Source: the human T2T-CHM13v2.0 reference genome, Homo sapiens
Assembly (NCBI RefSeq): GCF_009914755.1
Contig: NC_060948.1
Length of the DNA stretch: 64,000 bases
Reading direction: 5' to 3' (one strand)
The notes below the pieces were generated by a model. The model saw only the letters and a program-made list of their open reading frames with translations. It did not search any database and had not been told where the DNA came from. This document shows positions 48,074 to 59,800 of the stretch, piece after piece. How positions within the stretch are numbered: position 1 is the first letter of the stretch; every line of letters begins with the position of its first letter. A program made the position numbers and the translations under genes.

Positions 48074-51000
48074 TTTTTATTGTTTTTATTTTTATTATTA
48101 TACTTTAAGTTCTAGGGTACATGTGCACAATGTGCAGGTTAGTTACATATGTCTACATGTGCCATGTTGGTGTGCTGCACCCATTAACTCATCATTTGCA
48201 TTAGGTATATCTCCTAATGCTATCCCTCCCCTCTCCCCCTACTCTATGACAGGCCCCAGTGTGTGATGTTCCCCACCCTGTGTCCAAGTGTTCTCATTGT
48301 TCAATTCCCACCTATGAGTGAAAATATGCTGTGTCTGCTTTTCTGTCCTTGTGATAGTTTGCTGAGAATGATGGTTTCCAGCTTCATCCATGTCCCTACA
48401 AAGGACATGAACTCATCCTTTTTAATGTCAGCATAGTATTCCATGGCATATATGTGCTACATTTTCTTAATCCAGCCTGTCATTGATGGACATTTGGTTG
48501 GTTCCAAGTCTTTGCTATTATCGGTAGTGCCACACTAAACATATCTGTGCATGTGTCTTTATAGCAGCATGATTTATAGTCCTTTGGGTATATGCCCAGT
48601 AACGGAATGGCTGAGTCACATGGCATTTCTTGTTCTACATCCTTGAGGTACTGCCAAACTGTCTTCCACAATGGCTGAACTAGTTTATGTCCCACCAACA
48701 GTGTAAGAAACTCTGATGACAGCTTCTTTTGCTGTGCAGAAGCTCTTTCATTTAATTAGCTCCTATTTGTCAATTTTGGCTTTTGTTGCCATTACTGTTG
48801 GTGTTTTAGTCATGAATCCTTGCCCATGCCTATGGCTTGAATGGTATTGCCTAAGTTTTCTTCTAGGGTTTTTATGGTTTTAGGTCTAACATTTAAGTCT
48901 TTAATCCATCTTGAATTAATTTTTGTATAAGGTGTAAAGAAGAGATCCAGTTTCAGCTTTCTACATATGGTTAGCCAGTTTTCCCAGCACCATTTATTAA
49001 ATAGGTAATCCTTTCCCCATTTCTTGTTTTTGTTAGGTTTGTCACAGATCAGATGGTTGTTGATGTGTGGCATTATTTTTGAGGGCCCTATTCTGTTCCA
49101 TTGGTCTATATCTCTGTTTTTGTACCAATACCAAGCTGTTTTGGTTGCTGTAGCCTTGTAGTGTAATTTGAAGTCAGGTAGCATGATGCTTCCAGCTTTG
49201 TTCTTTTGGCTTAGAATTGTCTTGGCAATGCAGGATCTTTTTTGGTTCCATATGAACTTTAAAGTAGGTTTTTCCAGTTCTGTGAAGAAAGTCATTGGTA
49301 GCTTGATGGAGATGGCATTGAATCTATGAGTCACCTTGGGCAGTATGGCCATTTTCCACAATATTGATTCTTCCTATCCATGAGCATGGAATATTCTTCC
49401 ATTTGTTCATGTCCTCTTTCATTTTGTTTAGCAGTGGTTTGTAGTTCTCCTTGAAGAGGTCCTTCACATCCCTTGTAAGTTGGATTCCTAGGCATTTTAT
49501 TCTCTTTGAAGCAATTGTGAATGGGAGTTCACTCATGATTTGGCTCTCTGTTTGTTATTGGTGTATAGGTCTGCTTGTGATTTTTGCACATTGCTTTTGT
49601 ATCCTGAGACTTTGCTGAAGTTGCTTATCAGCTTAAGGAGATTTTGGGCTGAGACGATGGGGTTTTCTAAATATACAATCATGTCATTTGCAAACAGGGA
49701 CAATTTGAGTTCCTCTTTTACTAATTGAATACCTTTATTTATTTCTCTTGCCTGATTGCCCTGGCCAGAACTTCCAACATTATGTTGAATGGGAGTGGTG
49801 AGAGAGGCCATCCCTGTCTTGTGCCAGTTTTCAAAGGGAATGCATCCATTTTTTGCCCATTCAGTATGATATTAGCTGTGGGTTTGTCATAAATAGCTCT
49901 TATTATTTTGAGATATGTCCCATCAATACCTAATTTATTGAGAGTTTTTAGCATGAAGTGCTGTTCTGTTTATATGATGGATAATGTTTATTTATTGGTG
50001 TATATTGAACCAGCCTTACTTCCAAAGGATGAAGCCGATTTGATCATGATGGATAAACTTTTTGATGTGCTGCAGTATTTTATTGAGGATTTTTGCATCG
50101 ATGTTTATCAGGGATATTGGTCTAAAATTATTTTTTGTTTTTCTGTCTTTGCCAGGCTTTGATATCAGTATGTTGTTGGCCTCATAAAATGAATTAGGGA
50201 GGATTCCCTCTTTTTCTGTTGATTGGAATAGTTTCAGAAGGAATTGTATCAGCTTTTCTTTGTACCTATGGTAGAATTTGGCTGTGAATCCATCTGGTCC
50301 TGGACTTTTTTTGGTTGATAGGCTATTGATTGCTGCCTCAATTTCAGAGTCTGTTATTGTTCTATTCAGAGATTCAACTCCTTCCTGGTTTAGTCTTGGG
50401 AGGGAGTGTGTGTCAAGGAATTTATCCATTTTTTCTAGATTTTCTAGTTTATTTGCCTAGAGGTGTTTCTAGTAGTCTCTGATGGTAGTTTCTATTTCTG
50501 TGGGATCAGTCATGATCTCCCCTTTGTCATTTTTATTGTGTCTCTTTGATTCTTCTCTCTTTTCTTCGTTATTAGTCTTGCTAGCAGTCTATCAATTTTG
50601 TTGATCTTTCCAAAGAACCAGCTCCTGGATTCACTGATTTTTTGAAGGGTTTTTTTGTGTCTCTAACTCCTTCAGTTCTGCTCTGATCTTAGTTATTTCT
50701 TACCTACTGCTAACTTTTGAATGTGTTTGCTTTTGCTTCTCTAGTTCTTTTAACTGTGATGTTAGGCTGTCGATTTTTGATCTTTTCTGCTTTCTCTTGT
50801 GGGCATTTAGTGCTATAAATTTCCCTCTACACACTGCCTTAAATGTATCCCCAAGATTCTGGTATGTTGTGTCTTTGTTCTCACTGGTTTCAAAGAACAT
50901 TTCATTTCTGCCTTCATTTCGTTATGTACCCAGTAGTCATTCATAAGCAGGTTGTTCAGTTTCCATGTAGTTGAGCGGTTTTGAGTGAGTTTCTTAATCT

Positions 51001-53798
51001 TGACTTCTTGCTTGATTGCACTGTGGTCTGAGAGACAGTTGGTTATAATTTGTGTTCTTTTACATTTGCTGAGGAGTGCTTTACTTAAAACTGTGTGGTC
51101 AATTTTGGATTAAGTTTGATGTGGTGCTGAGAAGAATATATATCTGTTGATTTGGAGTGGAGAGTTCTGTAGATGTCTATTAGGTCCACTTGGTGCAGAG
51201 CTAAGTTCTATTCCTAGATATCCTTTTAACTTTCTGTCTCGATCTGTTTAATGTTGATAGTGGGGTGTTAAGGTCTCCCATTATTACTGTGTGGGAGTCT
51301 AAGTATGTTTGTAGGTTTCTAAGGACTTGCTTTATGAATCCGACTGCTCCTGTATTTGATGCATATATATTTAGTAAAGTTAGCTCTTCTTATTGAATTG
51401 ATCCCTTTACCGTTATGTATTGGTCGTCTTTGTCTCTTTTGATCTTTGTTGGTTTAAAGTCTGTTTTATCAGAAACTAGGATTGCAACCCCTGTTTTTGT
51501 TTTTGTTTTCTTTTTCTTTTTTTTTCATTTGCTTGGTAAATCTTTCTCCATCCCTTTATTTTGAGCCTATGTGTGTCACTGCACGTCAGATGGGTCTCCT
51601 GAATACAGCACACTGATGGGTCTTGACTCTTTATCCAATTTGCCAGTCTGTGTCTTTTAATTGGAACATTTACCCCATTTACACTTAAGGTTAATATTGT
51701 TATGTGTGAATTTGATCCTGTCATTATGATGTTAGCTTGTTATTTTGCTCATTAGTTGATGCAGTTTCTTTGTAGCATTGATGGTCTTTACAATTTGACA
51801 TGTTTTTGCAGTGGCTTGTACCAGTTGTTCCTTTCCATGTTTAGTGCTTCCTTCAGGAACTCTTGTAAGGCAGACCTGGTGGTGACAAAATTTCTCAGCA
51901 TTTGTTTGTCTGTAAAGGATTTCATTTCTCCTTCACTTATGAAGCTTTATTTGGCTGGATATGAAATTCTGGGTTGAATATTATTTTCCTTAAGGATGTT
52001 GAATATTAGCCCCCACTATCTTCTGGCTTGTAGAGTTTCTGCCAATAGATCCACTGTTAGTCGGATGGGCTTGCCTTTCTGGGTAACCTGACCTTTCCTT
52101 TGGCTCCCTTAACATTTTTTCCTTCATTTCAACTCTGGTGAATCTGACAATTATTTGTCTTGTTGTTGCTCTCCTCGAGGAGTATCTTTTAGGCATTCTC
52201 TGTATGTTTTTGAATTTTAATGTTGGTCTGCCTCACTACATTGGGGAAATTCTCCTGGATAATATCCTGCAGAGTGTTTTCCAACTTGGCTCCATTCTCC
52301 CCATCTCTTTCAGGTACACCAATCAGATGTATATTTGGTCTTTTCATGTAGTGCCATATTTCTTGGAGGCTTTGTTCATTTCTTTTTACTCTTTTTTCTC
52401 TAAACATCTCTTCTTGCTTTATTTCATTCATTTGATCTTCAATCACTGATATCCTTTCTTCCACTTGACAGAATTGGCTACTGAAGCTTGTACATGCATC
52501 ACATAGTTTTCATGTCATGGTTTTCAGCTCCATCAGGTCATTTAGGGACGTCTCTACACTGTTTATTTTAGTAGACATACATCTAATCTTTTTTTCAAAG
52601 TTTTTAGCTTCTTTGCGATGGGTTCGAACATCCTCCTTTAGCTCAGAGAAATTTGTTATTACCAATCATCTGAAGCCTTCTTCTCTTGACTCGTCAAAGT
52701 CATTCTCCATCCTGCTTTGTTCCATTGCTGGTGAGGAACTGCATTCCTTTGGAGGAGAACAGGCACTCTGATTTCTAGAATTTTCAGCTATTCTGCTCTG
52801 GTGTCTCCCCATCTTTGTGGTTTTATCTACTTTTGTTCTTCGATGCTGATGTATAGATGGGGTTTTTGTGTGGATGTCCTTTCTGTTTGTTAATTTTCCT
52901 TCTAACAATTAGGACCCTCAGTTGCAGGACTGTTGGAGTTTTCTGGAGGCCCACTCCACACCCTGTTTGCCTTGGTATCACCAGCAGAAGCTGCAGAACA
53001 GCAAATATTGCCGAACAGCAAGTATTGCTGCCTGATCATTCCTCTGGAAGCTTCAACTCAGAGGGGCACCCAGTTGTGTGAGGTGTCAGGTGGCCCCTAC
53101 TGGGAGGTGTCTTCCACTTAGGCTACTCGGGGTTCAGGTACCAGTCTGTCCATTCTCAAATCTCAAACTCTGTGCTGGGAGAACCACTACTCTCTTCAAA
53201 GCTGTCAGACAACAATGTTTAAGTCTGCAGAAGTTTCTGCTACCTTTTGTTCATCTATGCCCTGCCCCCAGGGGTGGAGTCTACATAGGCAGGCAGGCCT
53301 CCTTGAGGTGAGGTGGGATCCACCCAGTCCAAGCTTCCTTGCCACTTTGTTTACCTAGTGAATCCTCAGTAATGGCAGATCACCCTCCCCCAGCATTGTT
53401 ACCACCTTGCAGCTCAATCTCAGACTGCTATGCTAGCAGTGAGTGAGGCTCCATGGGCAGGGGACCCTCTGAGCCAGGCACGGGATGTAATCCCCTGGTG
53501 TGCCATTTGCTAAGGCCAGTGGAAAAATGTAGTTTTAGGGTGGGCATGACCCAATTTTCTGGGTACCATCAGTCACGGCTTCCCTTTGCTGGGAAAGGGA
53601 ATTCCCCAATCCCTTGCATTTCCCAGGTGAGGCAATGCCCCTCCCTGCTCTGTGGGCTGCACCCACTGTCTGACAAGCCCCAGTGAGATGAACTTAGTAC
53701 CTCAGTTGGAAATGCAGAAGTCACCCACCTTCTGCATTCCTCACACTGGTAGCTGCAGACTGGAGCTGTTCCTATTCTGCCATCTTGGAAGCTCCTCC
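48074..53798 (-). mobile_element. Full-length LINE-1 (L1PA5/6-like) with internal deletions, inserted in the satellite
   Basis: 5' end reads ggaggagcttccaagatggcagaatagg on the minus strand. ORF1 ~52812-51788; ORF2 from 51724 (MTGSNSHITIL). 3'UTR and poly-A at 48074-48300. Perfect 15-bp TSD ctggaaaagaattta at 48059-48073 and 53799-53813. Confidence 0.97.
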
Positions 53799-56700
53799 CT
53801 GGAAAAGAATTTAAACCAAAAAGTCTCAACACTGGGGTGCCAGGTGAAGGATATGACACAGTCTCCTCAACTATAAGGGTGACACCATTAACTATTACCT
53901 AGTTGTGTATATGTCAGTCACAAACTCACATGGGTGCTGGCCATAGTATGACACTCTATACAACATCTGAGAACTTTATATAACATGCATGAGAGTTGAA
54001 ACCTCACTGAGGCCTACATGCTTATATGGACTCACGATCTTACATATTGCACTAAACTCAGATATGACAGTCAACATCTCTCTTATATGCTGGCTTCAAG
54101 GATGACAGCATTATTGGGTTTGTGAGCTGGGTCCAGAACTGAGTGACCATCCCACCTGTGGCCAGATTCTTTGATAAAAATTACAATTTCATCTTTGTGC
54201 TGTGTTTACTTATTAGATTGAGGACCTCAACAATGAACGTTGTAAACGCAGGATGGTAATAACTTTTACTTTCACATGAACGTGTTGTGTAAAATCATGA
54301 TACTAACATTTTTCTGGACCCTGTTATAAAATTCTCTACCACCTAAAAAGTTTTTGTGAGATGAGTTATTGTTGTAAAATTCTGTGAGCTTGTTCACATA
54401 TGCAATTAAAGGCTTTACCTACTGACTTAAACCTAGTCATGAAAGGCAAAACGTCTCGTACTGGCTGAATCCCAATAGAAGCATGATCATCATGCTTTTG
54501 AACTGAAGAAAGGTATATGTTATAATCAAATTTGTGGGCAAAAAAAATCGGCAGGAGGTTGATATCACTTAGGTGTTGTGGCAAGAAGTATGACACAATG
54601 CCTTGTCTATGCAGGTCTTAGGAAAGAGGGTCACAATAATTGGGCTCTGGAGCCAGCAATATAACACAACTTCACATAGAAGAAACCCAGCAAAATAAGG
54701 AGACTCAAAACACCTATGGAAATGGGCCAAAGGTATATCAAAATACCTGCTCTGGCTCTGGCACAGGCTGGAGAGTCACATCATTAGTGTGCTAGGCCCA
54801 GAAATATGCTGAAATTCCCTCTTTATGCACGACCTAGGAATAAGTGTAACAGAATCCAGGTGTGGGGCCCTGAACTACAGCAAAAGTCCTGTTTGTAGGC
54901 AATTTTTGGCAACATGATGAGAGTCACATTACCTAATTGCTGGGCTCATCAACACATCACAATCTTCTCATTGTAAAGGCTTAGACAGAATAAGAGACTC
55001 ACATCACTTAGGTCATGGGCTCAAAGATATGGCCCAATGCCACAAGTAGGCAATACTCAGGCAGAAATAAAGAGTCATAACACCTAGATGCTTTTTCAGG
55101 TATATGTCACAATTTCACCTGTGTCCAGTCCTTCCATCCAGTCCTTTCTGTCAGCTGGGTGTGCATACAAGACTCACAATTTCAGCTGTGTGCTGAGCCC
55201 TGCTTTGACTCTGTCTGTATAACCCAAAGACTTTGGAAAATACATGTGAATGTTGTAATCTTTTGTGACCTTTGTAGAAGAAGGCGATACAGGACATCAT
55301 GCATGTCCCTAAATCTAGTTATAAGTGTCAAAATATTCTCTATAGGCTGAGTACACATATGAGAGTCATTATCACTCCTGTGAGTCATGCCTAGGTATCT
55401 GTTACAATATTCTCTGTGGTTATAAAGCAGGAAGAATAGTCATATCACCTAAATGCTGGACTGTACATATTCCAATATTCTCTTTGTAGGCAGGGTCCTG
55501 TCAGAAATCTCACATAATTTCTGTGCTAAATCCAGCTCTGTGGCACAATGTCCCTTGTGGGTAGTGTCCAGACAGAAGAGGAGAGTCATATCACCTAAAT
55601 GTTGGCCCCAAAAATATGTCACAATGACTAATGTTGACAGGGCCCAGAAAAACGAGTCATATCATTTGGATATAGTGTTTAGAAATGCTACAATTACCAA
55701 AGCGAGCTGGGTACAGGCAGGAGAGGGGAGTCATGTAACCTAGGTGATGTGTCCAGAAATATGTTACAATATCCCCTGAGGACATTGTTAAGACAGCAAG
55801 AGTCAAATCACCAAGGTGCTTGGCCCAGGCATTTGACAAAACCTCATTTGTGGGTGATACCTAGGCAGAATTATTAAATCACTCAGGAGCAGTGCAAAGG
55901 TTTATGTCATGATTACACTTGCGGAAACGTTTAAGAATAAGAATAACTCTCCTGAACATATCCTGGCTTCAGGTATATAAGCTGTTACTAGGCTTTTGTT
56001 ATGGTTTCAGGTATATGGCACAATATCACCTCTGGTCAGAGAGAATGCAAGAAAGTCACATCACATAAGTGGCTGTGGCTCCAGTGAGATATCACAATCC
56101 ACCTTGTGGACAGGACCTTTGCAGAAGAGTCACATCACCTGGATGCTGGTTTCAGTGACAAAAACCTCCTTGTAAACATGACTTTGGAAATAGAGGAGAC
56201 TCAATTAACCTAGGCAATTGGCCTAGACATATGTCACAATGGCCCTTATGTACAGTGCCAAGGCTGGAGAGTTACCTTACGTTGGTCAGTGGGTTTGGCA
56301 ATATGTCACAATCTCCCTGTGGCTGGGGCACAGGCAAAAGTGAAGAAACATCACCTTAGGTTCTGAGCCAAGTGATACGTTACAAGGTTTCCTGTTGACA
56401 GAATGCAAAAAGGAGAATCCCATCCCCTGGATGAAGTTCCCAGTTATGTGACACAATGCACTGTAACTGCAGGGCCAAGGCAGTACAAGGGAGTCACATC
56501 ACTTACCTGATGGACCTAGATATAGAACACAATTGTCTTTGTAAGCAGGCTTCAGGCAGATAATTCACATGACCTGGGTGATGGTCTCAGTAATATATTA
56601 AAGTGACCTTTGTAGGCAGAGTCAAGGAAGATATCATATATTGCTTTCATGTTTGTTCCACATATGGCACAATTTCATCTGTGGTCTGAGCCTAGAAAAG

Positions 56701-56899
56701 AGAGTCCCGCTATTTATGTGCTGGGCAAAGTTACCTGTCCCAATCACATGCTAAGAAAGGTTTGGAAATAATTTCACATCACACACAAGTCCTGGTTTCA
56801 CATATGTGAATCAATCCTATTTATGTTAGGCTAAACTAGAGGACTCACAATCTCAACAGTGGACAGGATCCATGTATAAGAGCTCCGATAACATATTAT

Positions 56900-59800
56900 G
56901 TCAATGAGATTGTGTCATATCACTGGACCTAGTAACCAGGTGTTAAAACTTTTGCTTAAATTGTTTCCCGTGTGTGCATTGTGAGACTCTTCTGCCAGGG
57001 CACTGCCTAAAGGAGATATTGTCACATATCTATGAGCCTATCCACTAGGTGATTTGTCAATTTTACCTGTGCTTTGCTCCCAAAGAACATTATGACATCT
57101 TTTAATGTATCATTTAGGAAATGTGACTTCTCTCTCCTGCCTAGGTCCTGTGCTCTAAAGAAATAGGTACATAGTGCTGAATGCAAAATTTAAATAATGC
57201 AACTCTGCTCTTTATTCTGGAGTCTGCCAACAGAGGACATTTTTAAATATTGTTGAGTCTAACACCTTGAAGCTGCACCCAGATGATATGACTCTTCTGA
57301 CTTGGCACTACCTGCAGAAGAGATTATAATGTATTCTCAGCTCAGAATCCTGGTGATGAGAGTCTCCTACCTTGGTTCTGCCCACAGGAGAAATAGTGAC
57401 ATATACCTGGGTTCAGCTCACATGCACAAATACAGCTGTTATATCTAGACCCAGAAAGAAGAGATATTTTGACATTCTTAACCAGTCTTATGGCCATAAG
57501 TAAAGCAATGGGTCTACTAATTGTATAAAGTTCACAGAGGACTATGACACTCAGGCATATGATATACAGCCTGAATGGTACAAAGGATGTCCTAACAGGG
57601 ACAGTAACCCAGTGCTATTGTGACTCATGTACATACGATCAGCTGATCCTACTGTCATTCTCTCACAAGAATAGCCCCTACAAATAAGGTACTAAATCTC
57701 ACACAAAACAGCTGTCCCTGGTTGAAACTGTTCCTCTCATACATGTGTCTGGTCCACGGGTCTTTTGGTGATGCATGATTCAGCACACCTGTGAAGCTGT
57801 GACTCCCCTCCTGGAACACAATCTTAAAGTGGAATTGGGCATCTTATGCATGGATCATGCTCACTGTTGAGACTGTGACTCCTCTACTTTGGCCCAAGTC
57901 ATAGGGGGTGTTGACTCACATACACAAAGCTGGGATTTGTGTGGGACTGTGAAACTTATATCTGAATATATCCTAGTGTGTGATTAGGACATAAAAGTTA
58001 GCCCAGCTTCTGAATAACTTGACTCTCATTTTTAGGCCATAACCACAGATAAAATTGTGACATGCCTGGACCATGCCCCTAAGCATAGGTGCCTGGGCCT
58101 GCCTACAAATTACACTTTTACATATCACTGGGACCAGCACCAAGGTGATTTGAATTATCTGCCTGAGTGCTGCCCAAGAAGAGCACTGTGGCTGATATCT
58201 AGGTCCATCAGGTAAGTGATGTGACTCCCTTCTCCTGCCTTGGCCCTGCACTTATGGAGCATTGCAACACACAACTGGGTTCTGCACCCAAGTGATGTGA
58301 CTCTCCCTTTTGGGTTCTGCCAATGAGAAGCTTTGTAACATATCACTTTGCTCATCACCTAGGTCATGTTTCTCCTCTCTTCTCTCGACCTGATCACAGG
58401 GGAGATTGTGACATATTGATAAACTCAGCACCAAGGTGTAGTCACTTTCTTACCTTGGTTTTGCACACAGCAGCCATTGTGACATATACCTATGCCAACT
58501 GCCTTGGTTAAGTGAGCCTCCTCTCTTTCTTAAGCCCTTCCCACAGGTGGGATTTTGATATATCACCAAAAACAGTATCCAGTTGATGTGATTCTTCTTT
58601 CAGAGTCCTGCCCACAAGATGGATTGTGACATCTCACAGGACCAGCACCCACCCAGGTGATGTGACCTTCCCACTTGCTCTCCACTCACAGCCGATGTTG
58701 TGACATATACCTGAGATGAGATAAGAGGACTGACTAATCATGACTCTTAAATATGGAGCCAGGTCATATGCTATATGGTGACTCCCATTCCTGAAGCATT
58801 TCACTAATGTTATTGCGACATACACAATTGTCCAGCTCCTGAGTGATTTAATAATCCTGCCAAGGTGTAGTCCACAAGTGAGATTCACCTATATATTTCA
58901 GCTGCTCACCTTGGTGATTTGACTCTCCTGTCTTAACAATATCCCCAGGAAGAATTGTAACATGTCTCTGAATCCATCTTCTAGGTTACCTGTCTCCCTG
59001 CCTTGCCTCCTCTGCCTGGACTCTGCTTCCACAGGGATTGTAGCATTTTTTTCTTTTCTTTTCTTTTCTTTCTTTTTTTGTTACCTAGGCTGGAGTGCAG
59101 TGGTGTGATCTTAGCTCATTGCAACCTCTGCCTTGGGGATTGTAGCATTTCTAAGCACTGCATGCAAATGACATGACTCTCCTGACTGGTTCCTTCAACA
59201 GAAGGCATTGTTGCACATCTCTCGGCCAATAATTTAAGTTATATGACTCTCCTCTTCTGCCTAGACACTGCTTAAAAGGGGCATTGTGTCATACATCTGG
59301 TTGACACCCCCAAGTTATGCAACTTTTCGTCCAGGAACTTTTCTACAAGTAGAATATTTGAAAAATTCTTGTTCAATAGTTAGGTGACTTGGCAGTCACA
59401 CCTGCTTCATTACCACAGAGTAAATTGTGATATATAACTAGGCACAACTCACAGGCATAATAATGACTCTCATACCCCACAAATAGGAGTAATTTTGACT
59501 CTCACTACTTGCTTTAGAAACATGAGTGATTGAATCTCTCTGCTTTAAAAAAAGGCCACAGAAGATTATAATAGCCTCAGAAATTTTATAAAGCCCTTGG
59601 CTTGTACAGAGAGTGCAATAACAGAATACAACAGAGAGTGTGATAACAGAATACAGAGAGTGCATGGTGAGTCTCATACACACACTCAGCTGGCAGTAAA
59701 GACTGTCACCATCTCATATATATGAAGCCACATGTCACTCCTGAAAACAGGATATGTGTGGGATTGTAAATCTCATCCTGGGAATTTTCTGTAAGTGTGA

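Larger units (their letters stand above)
28310..56885 (+). repeat. Complex diverged beta-satellite (BSR/Beta, 68-bp Sau3A family) array, forward orientation, with nested TEs
   Basis: Recurrent ~68-70-bp monomer gatatgtcacaatgccc..gggcagggcccaggcaggagagtcacatcacctgggtg matches the beta-satellite consensus. Runs of monomers alternate with ~250-bp non-monomer modules. Confidence 0.88.

Noticed and set aside
28310-56885. CRISPR-like repeat-spacer periodicity (~68 bp)
   Set aside because: This is human DNA, the whole monomer is homologous and degenerate rather than a constant repeat with unique spacers, and no cas genes are present.
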